DNA of 64,000 nucleotides from Octopus sinensis (lineage: Eukaryota): positions 186,248,001 to 186,312,000 of the forward strand of contig NC_042997.1 in NCBI RefSeq assembly GCF_006345805.1, given 5' to 3'. Shown in pieces: positions 26,093 through 39,791 of the stretch; the first letter of the stretch is position 1; every line of letters begins with the position of its first letter. Under the pieces are notes generated by a model. It did not search any database. It was not told the DNA's origin and saw only the letters and a list, made by a program, of their open reading frames with translations. The position numbers and the translations under genes are program-made.

Positions 26093-28002
26093 GTATATAT
26101 TGAGAACACATCGGATAGTCCTTTTTTATTCTCAAGACAGCAAGGTGTGATTTGAGGGAGATTTGGCTGCCATTTCTAACATCCGGAAGCCCATGCAGAG
26201 GGTCCTAGTCAGAGATGGTGGCGTTTAGCCCCAGCCCCAGACAATGCCTAACAGAGCTCATCATCTCAGACGAAAGACATTCCAGCGGTGACCATCCCTA
26301 CATTTTTTAAGAATATATCAAAGATTACATTCAATTATACCATCTCTGAATTTAAATAAGACAGCAGGGTGTGGTTTCAGGCTGACTTGACTGTTATTTC
26401 TAGCAGCTCGAACAACTATGTAAAGGTGATGACGTTGCAGTATAACGAAAGAAAATCCAATCGTGACCATCTCTGCATTTTACAAAAATATATCAAGGAC
26501 TACCTGTCATTATCCAGTGTATCGTCGCCGTATGTAATTAAGCTGGCAGGATGTAATTTGAGGGTGATTTGGTTGTTATTTCTAGCTACTCGAACACCTA
26601 TGTAATGGGGAAGTTGTTCTTGACGGTGGTGGTGGTGGTGGTGGTGGTGGTGGTGGTAGTTGAGGTGGTCGCAGCGTTAGTGGTGTGAGTGATGGTGGCG
26701 CTGGTGGAGGTAATGGTGGTCTTTATATTGGTGTTATTTAACACTCATCGATGAGACCGATGATTAAAAGCGGTCCACCCACGACTTCTCCGTATTTTTA
26801 TTTACTTTTTTTGAGATATTTGTCCCCCCCCTACCCCCGCCGCCATTTCTTTAAGATGTTAGAACGTAACTTGAGGGAAGTCTAGCTATTATTTTTAACA
26901 GGCTGTTGGTGACGAGTAGTAGTGGTTTGGTTATGAAGGTAGTGTGCATAGTGGTAGATGTGATGGTGGCGGTGGTAGTATTGGTAGTGGTGTTAGTGAA
27001 GATTGTAGAGTTTACTGGTAGAAGTGGTAGTACTGATGAAGATTTTAGTGGTGGTGGTAGTGGTATGATGATGGTTGTGGTAGTGGTGGTGATGGAGGTG
27101 ATGGTGGTGGTTGTGATAGTGATGGTAGTGGTATGATTATGGCGTTGGTGATAGTGGTGATTATGGCGTTGGTGATGACGGTGGTGGTGGTGGTGGTGGT
27201 GGTGGTGGTGGAGATGGTAGTGGTGGTAGTGATAGTGGTGGTGGTAATGTTGATGGTGGTCGCAGTGATGGTGATGGTAGTGATGTTGGTGATAGAGGTG
27301 ATGGTGGAGGGGTAAGTGGTGGTGGTAGTGGTGGTGATGATGGTGCTTGTATGGGTGGTGATGGTTGTGGTGAAGAAGGTAGTGGTATGATGATGGTAGT
27401 AGTGATAGTGCTGGTGGTGGTGGTGGTTGTGGTGGAGGGGTAAGTGGTGTTGTAGTGGTGGTAGTGAAAGTGGTGCTGGTGGTGCTAGTGGTGGTGCTGG
27501 TGGTGGTGGTAGTGGTGATAATGGTGCTAGCTGTGGCAGTGATAATGGTAGTGTTATTGGTAGTGTTAGTGTTGATGGTGGTGGTGGCCGCCGTCGTGAA
27601 CGGGATAATATTTGTAATGGTGGCAGAAGTATTGGTTCTAGTTTCAGTGGTAGTAGTAATGGTAGTAGTGTTAGTGATGGTGGCTCTGGCTGTAATGATT
27701 GCAGATTAATGGTGGCGGCGCTGGCGGCGGCAGTAGTGGTGGTGGTGGTGGTGGTGGTGGTGGTGGTAGTGGTGGTTGTGGTGGTGGTGGTAGTGGTTGT
27801 GGTGGTGGTAGTGGTGGTTGTGGTGGTGGTGGTAGTGGTTGTGGTGGTGGTATTGGTGGTTGTGGTGGTAGTAGTGGTGGTGATAGTGGTGGTGGTGGTG
27901 GTTATAGCAGTGGTGATGGTAGTGGTGGTGGTTGTGTTGGTGGTAGTAGTAGTGGTGGTGGTAGTGGTGGTGGTGGTGGTGGTGGTGGTGGTGGTGGTAG
28001 TG

Positions 28003-28037
<35 letters not shown>

Positions 28038-28630
28038 GGTGGTGGTGGTGGTAGTGGTTGTGGTGGTGGTAGTGCTGGTGGTGGTGGTAGTAGTGGTGGT
28101 GGTAGTGGTGGTGGTAGTGGTGGTGGTAGTGGTTGTGGTGGTGGTAGTGCTGGTGGTGGTGGTAGTAGTGGTGGTGGTAGTGGTGGTGGTGGTTGTTGTG
28201 GTGGTGGTGATGGTGTAGGTCGTCGTCGTCATCGTTGTGGTGGTAGTGCTGTCGCCGTTTTTGTTGCTGCTGCTGCTGCTGCTGTTGAGATCGGTGATGA
28301 TGATCTCGATGATGGTTGTGGCAGAGATATAGGATCGTAGTCATGGTGATGCTGATGATGTTTGATGGTGGCGGCTGTGGCGGCGGCGGCTGCGGCGGCG
28401 GTGATGACGTCGATGGAGATTGCGAACGTTATAATGCCGGTGATGATTACGATGATGATGATGATCATGAAGTTGAATATGATGACGGTCACCATTTTCA
28501 TTCTACAGTGGTGGTGGTAGTGGTGGTGGTGGTGGTGGTAGTAGTGGTGGTGGTAGTAGTGGTGGTGGTAGTAGTGGTGGTGGTAGTAGTAGAGGTGGTA
28601 GTAGTAGTAGTAGTAGTACTGGCAGTAGTA

Positions 28631-28680
<50 letters not shown>

Positions 28681-28932
28681 TATGGCAGCAGCAGAAGCAG
28701 TAGTAGTAGTAGTAGTAGTAGTATTGCAAGTTGTTGAGTGGTGCAAACGGTGATGATGAAGATGATGATGATGAGGATGATGAGGAGGAGGAGGAAATAA
28801 TGATGATGGAGATTGTGAGGCTATAATGTTCTTAATGATAGTGGTGAAGATGGTGATGGTTGTGGTGGTGGTGGTGGTGGTGGTTTAGATGTTGATGATC
28901 TTCTTCCTATTATGGCAGCAGCAGCAGCAGTG

Positions 28933-28963
<31 letters not shown>

Positions 28964-29408
28964 TAGTAGTAGCAGTAGTAGTTGATTGGTGGTTGCACTT
29001 GGTGGTGGTTTCGGTGGTAGTGGTGGAAAGCGATGGTAGTTCTACGGGTGATGGTAAAATTTAATCATACCACCACCACCACCACTATCACGACCACCAT
29101 CATCATCATACCACTAGGTGGTGGTGGTGGTGGTGGTGGTGGTGGTAGTGGTAGTGGTAGTGGTAGATGCGTCGGTGGCGGCGTCGGCGGCGGTAGTGGT
29201 GGCGGTGGTGCTGGGCGTGATATTGTAACACGGTGTTGGTTGAAGTAAAGGTGAGTGGTACTATAAGGTACATTCCAGTTACAAAGGATGGTTGTGGCGG
29301 GGGTGGGGAGGTAGGGAGGTGGAGTGGGGTGCTAGAAGAAAGTTTGGTAATGATGGCGGTGGCGGTGGCGGTGGCGCGGGAGATGATTTTGGCAGCAGCA
29401 GTAGTAAT

Positions 29409-29443
<35 letters not shown>

Positions 29444-29445
29444 AG

Positions 29446-29479
<34 letters not shown>

Positions 29480-29511
29480 CAGCAGCAGCAGCAACAGTAG
29501 TAGTAGTAGAG

Positions 29512-29557
<46 letters not shown>

Positions 29558-29564
29558 CAGCAAC

Positions 29565-29629
<65 letters not shown>

Positions 29630-29789
29630 CAGCAGTAGCAGCAGTAGTAGTAGCAGTTGTAGTAGTAGTAGCAGCAGCAGCAGCAGCAACGGCGGTGTCA
29701 ACGGCAACGGTGGTCGTCGTGGTGGGCGCGGCGGAAGCGGCAGCGTTTAATAGCGATGGCGGTGGCGTTGGTAGTGGTGACAATGATAG

Positions 29790-29925
29790 AGGAGGCGGCG
29801 GTGGGGGCGGCGCGGTGGGGGCGGCGGTGGGGGCGGCGGCGGTGGGGGCGGAGGTGGGGGCGGCGGTGGGGGCGGCGGTGGGGGCGGCGGCGTTGGGGGC
29901 GGCGGCGGTGGGGGCGGCGGCGGTA
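29790..29925 (+). repeat. G-rich 12/15-bp minisatellite (GCGGCGGTGGGG)n with G-quadruplex potential
   Basis: About 9 G5 tracts separated by short loops. Confidence 0.85.
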
Positions 29926-30337
29926 ATGGTTGGCTGATGTTGATGATTATGATGATGATGATGGTAGTGATGGTAATGGTGAGATGGTGTTACTGCGCAG
30001 CAGCGATTGCTGCATTTTCTGCTGCTGCTGTTATGATTGCAGTGTTGTGCTTATATTTCCAGTGTTGATGGTTTGGTGTTTAGCCCCAGGTCAGCCTTCA
30101 ACCAGCAAATGCCTGATATGACATGATCAAAGTCGTGCCTCTTTTGACCATCTAGCCTTTTGAAAATATCGCCCCCACCCCTCCCATAGTACCCCTCCCC
30201 TTTGTCCTCCCTACTTCAAGACGTTAGAGTATGATTTGAGAAGCATTTGACTGCTATTTCTAGCAAGCCATGCGTTCATGTTCCTATGTTGCTACTGTTA
30301 ATGGTAGTAGTGGTCGTGGTTGTTGTTATTGTTGTTG

Positions 30338-30369
<32 letters not shown>

Positions 30370-30535
30370 ATTCTAGGGGTTGTAATTTAGCCCAGGGACA
30401 AACGTGATTGCTCAAAACCCATGATCAAAACCGTGCAAGCCACCGTGACCACCTCGTCTGCACATGGCATATCTACGGCTTACACTGCCCAGATTAACCC
30501 ACCACCCCCAGTTACTACTACTACTACTACCATTG

Positions 30536-30569
<34 letters not shown>

Positions 30570-30652
30570 AACTACTGTCGCCACCGCTAATACTTCGACT
30601 TTAACCAAAACAACCACTTCTGCTGCTGTTGCTACTACTTCTACTACTACTT

Positions 30653-30711
<59 letters not shown>

Positions 30712-30760
30712 GCTGCTGCTGCTACTACTACTACTACTACTGCTACTACTGCTGCTGCTG

Positions 30761-30818
<58 letters not shown>

Positions 30819-30877
30819 TACTACTGCTGCTGCTGCTACTACTACTACTACTACTACTGCTACTACTGCTGCTGCTG

Positions 30878-30911
<34 letters not shown>

Positions 30912-31018
30912 TACTACTACTACTACTACTACTACAACTACTACTACCACCACCACTACTACTGCTGCTGCTGCTACTACTACTACTACTACTGCTACTA
31001 CTGCTGCTGCTGCTGCTG

Positions 31019-31101
<83 letters not shown>

Positions 31102-31157
31102 GCTGCTGCTGCTACTACTACTACTACTACTGCTACTACTGCTGCTGCTGCTGCTGC

Positions 31158-31198
<41 letters not shown>

Positions 31199-31645
31199 GC
31201 TGCTAAAGATGCAAGATAATATTAGTTTGTGCCAATTTCCCCTTGTGGCAAATAACGAAAATCGTTATATTAATTATAGCATTACTACTACTCCAGCCGC
31301 TGATTGTGTTATTGCTGCTGCGGCTACTGCTGCTGCTGTTCCGTTTCTGCAGATTATGTTGCTGCTGCCGCTGCGACTACCACTGTTGCTGCTGCTGCTG
31401 ATGATGGTGGTGGTGGTGCAGCAACTGCTATAGATGCTGCCCCTTAGTATTTTGTGTTGCTCTCCCTGCTGTTTCTGCTGCTGCTGTTGCTGCTGCTGCG
31501 ACTGGTGTCGTTGTTGTTGCTGCTGCTGCAATAAATGCCGCTGCTGCTGCTGCTGCTATTCATACTGCTGCGGCTGCTGTTAATACTGCTGCTGTTGCTT
31601 ACGATGCTGATGATGACGACGATGACGACGACGACGACGACGGCG

Positions 31646-31688
<43 letters not shown>

Positions 31689-32082
31689 CGACGACGACGA
31701 CGACGACGATGATGATGATGATGATAATGATGACGACGACGATGATGATGATGTTACTACTACGACTGCTACTACTGCTACAATTGATGTCACTACTATT
31801 TTTATTGCTGCTATTTATTTTTCTTTTGTTACAATTAATTGTGTTACAATTTATGTTGTTGCTATCGCCGTAGTCGTGGTCGTTATTGTTGTTGTAACTG
31901 CTGATTGTTATTGCAACAGCCGTTACTGCCGAGGTTGTTGCTGTTACAGTTAGTACTGATGTTACACATTAATTGCCTGTAGGGACACTGCATTTCGTTC
32001 TGTAACCACAATATGCTACAAAGTATACTAAAGGCTTTAAAAGTCAATTCTGCGCCCTACCCTATTACCAATTGCAGCTGTT

Positions 32083-32095
32083 GTTGTTGTTGTTG

Positions 32096-32126
<31 letters not shown>

Positions 32127-32323
32127 AAGCAACAAGACGGGTAAGGGTGATTAGGTGATGGTCTAGGGCTTAGGGGCGGGAGACCCCAGACCTTGGAAAA
32201 AAAAGAAAAACTTTGGTCGTCTTGTTGTAGTCGAGGGCTCTTCGTTGACGCCCGACATCACTGGGAGGTGGCCCTCGAAGTCGCTGGAAATGGAGATCTC
32301 CAGGTCCAAATTCCTTGAACGGC
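32083..32323 (-). mobile_element. Short retroposed 3' fragment of an unidentified non-LTR element with (CAA)n tail and 16-bp TSD
   Basis: TSD ACCA(A/G)TTGCAGCTGTT at 32067-32082 and 32324-32339; GC-rich insert in AT-rich context. Confidence 0.75.
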
Positions 32324-32629
32324 ACCAGTTGCAGCTGTTATGGTTGCTATCGTTGTTACGATAGCTGCTATTATAACTGCTATCGACGCTACTCTGCTTG
32401 TTACGGTTGCTATTGTTGTCAGATATTCGTTCATACAATTGCTATCGATGTTACAATTGTAACTGTTGCAGTTGCTTTTGTTGCTGCAACAGTTTGTGTT
32501 ACAATTGCTGCCACTGTTACACCTGCTGTTATTTTTGCTATCGTTGAACAATTACTGCTGTTAGTGTGTTGATTGTTGTAGAGGAGAATGGCGAAAGCAC
32601 GGGGAGAATGGAGCGAATATTATTTTCTC

Positions 32630-32900
32630 CTCTTGGCGCAAGGCCCGAAATTTTGGGGGAGGGTCCAGTCGATTAGATCGATCCCAGTGCGTACCCACAA
32701 GGGGCTAAACACAGAAGGGACAAACAAGGACAGACAACCGGATTAAGTCGATTATATCGACCCCACTGCGTAACTGGCACTTAATTTATCGACCCCGAAA
32801 GGATGAAAGGCAAAGTCGACCTCGGCGGAATTTGAACTCAGAACGTAACGGCAGACGAAATACGGCTACGCATTTCGCCCGGCCTGCTAACGTTTCTACC
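32630..32900 (-). mobile_element. SINE family B (chimeric tails)
   Basis: Family B core and both tail types. Confidence 0.8.
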
Positions 32901-33029
32901 AGAGCTGACTCGGCACCAGACAGCCAGGACGAACCAGATGATCTAGATGAATGTTGATTGCGCTACAGTTTTTTTCTTTCTGTTATTGATCTTGTTGTCG
33001 TCTTCTTCTTCTTTTTCTTCCCCCTCTTC

Positions 33030-33553
33030 CTTCTTCTTCTTCTTCTTCTTCTCTTCTTCTTCTTCTTCTTCTTCTTCTTCTTCTTCTTCTTCTTCCAATC
33101 AGGACTCACGCCATTAGCCACAAAGAATAATCTCTAATTCGAGCCTACTCTAAGCTACTAAGAATGCGTGTGGCAACTTGAAGATCCACCCATCACACAC
33201 AATAGTCTGTCGGTAACACGGGTGCGAAAGCTACGTTGTTATCCTCATTCCGTAAACGATGGCTTTTAACGGGTGGAGAGCTGAACCATCCTGGAGTACA
33301 GAGTATTCGCAATCTAGACTAGGGTCTGAAATTTTATCACACCATAGTGGGTTACATCACGGTCCCTCTGCTTTGTGGCAGAAGTAAGAAGAAAGAGTGA
33401 GAGAAAGTTGTGGGGAAAGAGTACAGCGGGGTTCACCCCCCATCCCCGACTAAGCCTCGTGGAGCTTAGGTGTTTTTGCTCAATAAATACTCACAATGCC
33501 CGGTCTGGGAATCGAAACCACGTTCTTACAACCGCGAATCCGCTGCCATAACC
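33030..33553 (-). mobile_element. SINE family C head with tail type 2 ending in (AAG)n
   Basis: Head GTGGAGGCGCAATGG on minus; tail collinear with 41600-42076. Confidence 0.88.
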
Positions 33554-33825
33554 ACTGGGCCATTGCGCCTCCACTTGATGTTGTTGCTGCTGCTGCTGCT
33601 GTTATTGTTGCCGCTAATGTACAAAATCACTTTCTTCCTTACTGATGTTCTTCCAGTTGTTGCTCTAACTGGTGATTTTGCTGATATGATTGTTTCTGGT
33701 CTTGTCACCTGAGTTTGTGCCAAGCTTTACTGTTACTACTGCTATAGCTGTTACGATACTTACTAATTCAAACGTTACAATTAAAAATCTGTAACCGCTA
33801 CTGTCTTTATAGTAGTTATTATTAC

Positions 33826-34050
33826 TGGCGAGCTGGCAGACACGTTAGCGTGCCGGGCGAAATGCTTAGCGGTATTTCGTCTGCCGTTACGTTCTGAGTT
33901 CAAATTCCGCCGAGGTCGACTTTGCCTTTCATCCTTTCGGGTCGATAAATAAAGTACCAGTTTTGCACGGGGGTCAATGTAATCGACTTAATCCGTTTGT
34001 CTGTCCTTGTTTGTCCCCTCTATGTTTAGCACCTTGTGGGCAATAAAAAA
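33826..34050 (+). mobile_element. SINE family B monomer
   Basis: Head, core and tail. Confidence 0.88.
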
Positions 34051-34143
34051 AATATATTATTACTGGTGTTGTTGTTGCGCAGTTACAGAAGTTACTATTG
34101 TTCTAAGTTGGTGTTACGGTAGTTGCTGTGTTGCAATTATTGC

Positions 34144-34174
<31 letters not shown>

Positions 34175-34374
34175 GCTACCGCTGCAGATTCTCTCGTTGT
34201 TGCTGTTACTGATGTTACTGTTGTTTTTGTCACAGTGGTTACAATTTCTTTTGATGTTGTTCTAGTTGTTGTCACAAGAGTTGTTCTTTCTATTCTTGTT
34301 ATTGCCTCGAATTGCTGTTACGGTTACTCTTGTTACTGCAATTGTTACTCGACTAGGTATTACTATTGTTGGTT

Positions 34375-35238
34375 TCGACCTCGGTGGAATTTGAACTCAG
34401 AACGTAAAGACAGACGAAATACCACTAAGCATTTCGCCCGGCGTGCTAACGTTTCTTGTTTCTTTACTGCCCACAAGGGACTAAACACATAGAGGACAAA
34501 CAAAGACAGACAAACAGATTAAGTCGAATATATCTACCTCAGTGCGTAACTGATACTTATTTAATCGATCCCGACAGGATGAAAGGCAAAGTAGACCTCG
34601 ACGGAATTGGAACTCAGAATGTAGCAGCAGACGAAATACCTGTTTATTACCCATAAGGGGCTAAACATAGAGGAGACAACCAAGGACAGACAAATGGATT
34701 AAGTCGATTATATCGACTCCAGTGCGTAACTGGTTCTTAATTTATCGACTCCGAAAGGATGAAAAGAAAAGTCGACCTCGGCGGAATTTGAACACAGAAG
34801 GTAACGGCTGACGAAATACATATTTCTTTAATACTCACAAGGGGATAAACACAGAGAGGACAAACAAAAGATAGACAAAGGGATTAAGTTGATTTTATCG
34901 ACCCCAGTGCGTAACTGGTACTTAATTAATCGACCCCGAGAGGATGAAACGCAATGTCGACCTCGGCGGAAATAGAATTCAGAACGTAACAGCAGACAAA
35001 ATACCTATTTCTTTACTACCCACAAGGAGCTAAACACAGAGAGGACTAACAAGGACAGACAAACGGATTAAGTCGATGACATCGACCCCTCTGCGTAACA
35101 GGTACTTAATTTATCGATCCCGATAGGATGAAAGGCAAAGTCGACCTCGACGGAATTTGAACTCAGAACATAACGGCAGACGAAATATTGCTGAGCAATT
35201 CGCCCGACGTGCTAACGTTTCTGCCAGCTCGCCGCCTT
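34375..35238 (-). mobile_element. SINE family B tandem array (about 4 bodies plus a partial copy)
   Basis: ~180-bp bodies repeated, head at 35180-35238. Confidence 0.88.
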
Positions 35239-35559
35239 AGTCGCCGCTAATATTATTGATGTTGTTGTTACAGGGGTGACTATTAATGTAGCTATTGTCG
35301 TTACAGTTAACATTCTAGTTAAGCTGCTGCTTCTCTGCCTTGTTACAATTGCTACTGCCGTTACAGTTGATGCCGTGACAATTACTAAAACTACTGCAGT
35401 TATTTTACTGTTTAATAAATGCAACAACGCCATTTCAGTGACAACACTTTCCTTTCACACGTGTTCTCTCATCTTCTACGAACTGACAATGTCGTTCCAT
35501 CTCGCACTTTCACAATCATTCTTTCACTAGATCTTCTCTTCTCTCTCTTTCACACACAT

Positions 35560-35639
<80 letters not shown>

Positions 35640-35883
35640 ACACACACACACACACTTCACTTTGCTATTACACTTCACTTTGCTATCTCTTTCTCTATAT
35701 CTATTTATCGATCTATCTACCTGTCTCTCTATCTATTTATCTATTTACCTACCTATCTATTTATCTTCTCTCTCTCTCTCTTTCTCTCTTTCTCTCTCTC
35801 TATCTATCTATTTTTTATCACTCTATCTGCCTATCTGCTTATTTATCTATCTACTTACCTACATAGCTATCTATCTATCTACA

Positions 35884-35948
<65 letters not shown>

Positions 35949-35995
35949 GTCTATCTACCTACATAGCTATCTATTTATCTACCTACCTACATATC

Positions 35996-36043
<48 letters not shown>

Positions 36044-36053
36044 CCTACCTACA

Positions 36054-36132
<79 letters not shown>

Positions 36133-36332
36133 TTGACTTTCTATCTGTCTGTCTCTCTATCTGTCTGTCTGTCTCTTTCTTTTGCATTCACGCACATACA
36201 CTCTTTTACATACATACATAATAAACAAAAACATTCACAATAAACACACGCTATTTATTTCCTCTCTCAATCAATATTTCTCCATCTTTACCGCTGTGTA
36301 TCAATACGCGCATGCTCGCACGTGAATGAATA

Positions 36333-36376
<44 letters not shown>

Positions 36377-36599
36377 TGCGTATGTGCTCTATGAGTGTGA
36401 GTACATATCCGTGTGGCAGCCAGCTTAGTTTCTGTATGAGATTTACCATTTTCTTTCTAAATCTTGGGTCTATTTCTTTGATATTCATTCGCCATTTCTC
36501 TTCCATTTCTCATCTATATCTTCCCGTAACTCAGTTATTCTCCTACATAAACAAACGTTCTTTATTCATCTCTTTATATCATACGCGTACGTACGTCCA

Positions 36600-37190
36600 T
36601 ACCGTGGAACACACACACACACGTATGTGTGTGTGTATGCGAGTGTGTGTGTGTGTGCGTATCTGTGTCTGTGAATGCTTCTGCGTCTGTGTATGTGTGT
36701 GTGTACATGTGCGTGTGTATGCGTGTATGTATGTGCGTGTGTGTTTCTGTGTGAATATGTGTGTATGTGTGCGTATGTGAATATGTGTGAGTGCGTGCTT
36801 ATGTGTGTGTGTGCATGTGTGTATGTATGCGTGAGTGTGTGTATGAGTGTGTGCGTGTCTGTGGCTGCATGAGTGTGTGTATGTGTGCATGTGTATGTGG
36901 GAGTGTGTTGGTTTCCGTGTGTATGTGTGTGTATGCGTGTGTGTGTGTGTGTGTATACGTATGTGTTTGTGTGTGTGTGTATGAGTGTGTGTGTATCTGT
37001 ATGCATGTGTGTGTATGTGCGTGTGTATATGCGTGTGCATTTGTATATGTGAATGTGTGTGTATGTGTGTCGTGTGTATGCATGTGTGAGTGTGTGCGTG
37101 TTTGTGTATCTAGTGTGTGCATATGTATATGTATGTGTCTATGTATGTATGAGTGTAGGTGTCCGTGCGTGTGTATGTGTGTCTACTTGT
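36600..37190. repeat. Long degenerate (RY)n tract (GT/GC/AT)
   Basis: Direct reading; a similar tract lies at 53965-54730. Confidence 0.9.
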
Positions 37191-37516
37191 ATTAGAATGT
37201 CTTTTCGTCTTATATCATTTGCTTGTCTCAGTCATTGGACTGCAGCCATGCTGGAGCACTGCCTTAAAGGGCTCAGTCGAACTGATGGAGTTTCCACCCA
37301 AGCACTTATTTTTAAAGGTAGTATTTATTCCTTTGTTCCCTATTGCCGAACTGCTACGTCACTGGAATCAGGTTTCTCAAGCTGTGTTATGGGAGAAACG
37401 CAAGCACACCATACACACACATATATATATATATATGCACACACATGCACATATGCATATGCATATATATGTATACACATATACACACACTTGCATGTGA
37501 GTATATATGTATGTAT

Positions 37517-37549
<33 letters not shown>

Positions 37550-37554
37550 GCTTA

Positions 37555-37948
37555 GACGCAGGCGTAGCTGTGTGGTAAGAAGCTTGCTTCCAACCACATG
37601 GTTTCGGGTTCAGTCCCACTGCGTGGCACCTCCGGGCAAGTGTATTCTACTATAGCTTCGAGCTGACCAAAGCTTTTTGAGTGAATTTGGTAGAAGGAAA
37701 CTGAAAGAAGCCCGTCATATGTATGTGTGTGTCAGTGATTGTCCTTCCCCCCACTATTGCTTGGATTGATGTATTTATGTCGCCGCAACTTAGCGGTTCG
37801 GCAAAAGAGAACGATAGAATAAGTACTAGGCTTACAAAGAACAACTCCTGGGGTTGATTTCTTCGGCTAAAACCGTTTAAGGTGTTGCTCCAGCATGGCC
37901 GCAGTCAAATTAACTGAAACAAGTAAAAGAATAAAAGAAAGAAAAGAA
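37555..37948 (+). mobile_element. SINE family A (with adjacent partial copies 37215-37350 minus and 37960-38163 plus)
   Basis: Family A head, CORE block and tail. Confidence 0.85.
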
Positions 37949-38364
37949 TTTATATAAATTGTTCCACCCCCCCCCCAAACATCGCTTGACAACCGATGCT
38001 AGTGTGCCTACGTCCCCGTAACTTAGCAGTTCGGCAAAAAGAGACCGATAGAATAAGTACAAGGCTAAACAAAGAATAAGTCCTAGGATCGATTTCTTCG
38101 ACTAAAGGCGGTGCTCCAGCATGGCCGCAATCAAATGACTGAAACAGGTAAAAGAGTAAAGAGTTAGCACATAAACACACATAAACATTCACAAACACAC
38201 ACACCCACACACATACACTCGCACACACACACACTCGCACACACACATACACACGCGCACACACATGGCCAAACGCATGTGCAAATAAGTACGTCTAAGC
38301 ATTCATACGCACACACATGTACTCATGCGTATAGCGGATATAAATATACACCCAGACTATCACC

Positions 38365-38427
<63 letters not shown>

Positions 38428-38859
38428 CACACACACACACATACACAAACATATGGAGATACAAACGCTTACAGATGTACGCAAAAACAGGAAAGAGATC
38501 AGCCTTATATTAAAGAAGAAAACCTCATAACTAATAAATAGATAATAACAGGATTAACGAAGTAGAAAGAGCGTCGCTAAATCCCATTTATGCCTGGAAG
38601 TCACCCTACATACCCACTCTGTCATAGCAACAAAGGATTCACTTTTATCAATTGAGACACCCCGACGTCTACCAAGAGACACGTTCCAAGTTCAGTTCTT
38701 GAGACTACAATGAAGAGATCTACCAAACTGAATTACTCAGGCCAGGGTCTTTTGAGAATCAAAGACTATCTTACTGGGAATCACATATTATACAGAAAAC
38801 GCTTTATTGTTATTATTTATTATTATTATTATTACTACTACTACTACTACTACTACTAC

Positions 38860-38906
<47 letters not shown>

Positions 38907-38921
38907 TATTATTATTATTAT

Positions 38922-38956
<35 letters not shown>

Positions 38957-39134
38957 TGTAGTGTTGGAATAATAGAGGCTTAGCAGAAAAAGTTTCAGAC
39001 TTTCTTTTAAGGTTTCTTAACGATAAACAATTTCATAAATAGTGGCGAATCCCGATTGAAGCCTTTATCCAGAGAACAAAACTCGGTGTCTGCAATTTTA
39101 TATCACCTCACGACTTACCTTATCCACAATAATG

Positions 39135-39200
<66 letters not shown>

Positions 39201-39754
39201 GCCCTGATGCAGTACCAGGCAGTGGCTCTCATGGCTTCTGATCTTAACTGATTGGAAGTGTTATCATGTACATTGTTTTGTCTTGGTATAAAAGATGGGC
39301 TACAGCAAATATTCTGCTCAATACCACAGATTTGCTTGTCAGTTGTTTGACCTTAACCAGTTGAGCATGTCCCTTGGTGGCTGGCGATATGTGCGTCTCT
39401 GATCACGAGCAGAAGTAGTGGGGGAGCATCATAGCCATGTGTTGAGAGGGATTCTTTGGGGTTTGAATAGTTCACCTCTGGAAACATGGGTGGTTCTTTC
39501 AACATCCTTGGACAACCCTTATTCAAGGACCGTTTGAGCAGGATGGGCTACTCAAAATGAAGAAAATTCTAACTGGGCCCCACCTGCAAGGTCATGTGCT
39601 GTTTATCTTGATATGAGATCACCGTGTCGCGCACATATGGTTGTGATGCATGTGCCTGGTGTACCTTTATCAGACGGGTAGTCATGATGGGTATATTGGG
39701 CTTCGTATATTTTACCCCAGTGTCACTTTGATGGCATGAACTGCTCTCTCACTC
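39201..39754 (+). mobile_element. ~550-bp non-coding element inserted in (AAT)n, copy 1
   Basis: Ends GCCCTGATGCAGTACC ... CTGCTCTCTCACTC; (AAT)n on both sides; 3 full copies in the window. Confidence 0.88.

Positions 39755-39791
<37 letters not shown>

Larger units (their letters stand above)
26620..32600. repeat. ~6-kb trinucleotide low-complexity domain ((GGT)n, (AGT)n, (GCA)n, (ACT)n, (GAT)n)
   Basis: Direct reading; gives rise to spurious poly-T/V/G/H ORFs. Confidence 0.95.

Noticed and set aside
27045-31219. Long ORFs (395, 263, 261, 234 aa) rich in Thr/Val/Gly/His
   Set aside because: These are stop-free readings of trinucleotide repeats, open in several frames on both strands, with no domain or splice evidence
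35419-36243. YLSI-repeat and CV/HT-repeat ORFs here and at 21046, 36322-37655, 53939 and 57997
   Set aside because: Translations of (CTAT)n, (GT)n and (GTAT)n microsatellites
39201-39330. HDV-like ribozyme at the 5' end of the (AAT)n element
   Set aside because: P1/P2/P3 could not be built in the required order by eye; only simple long-range pairings were seen
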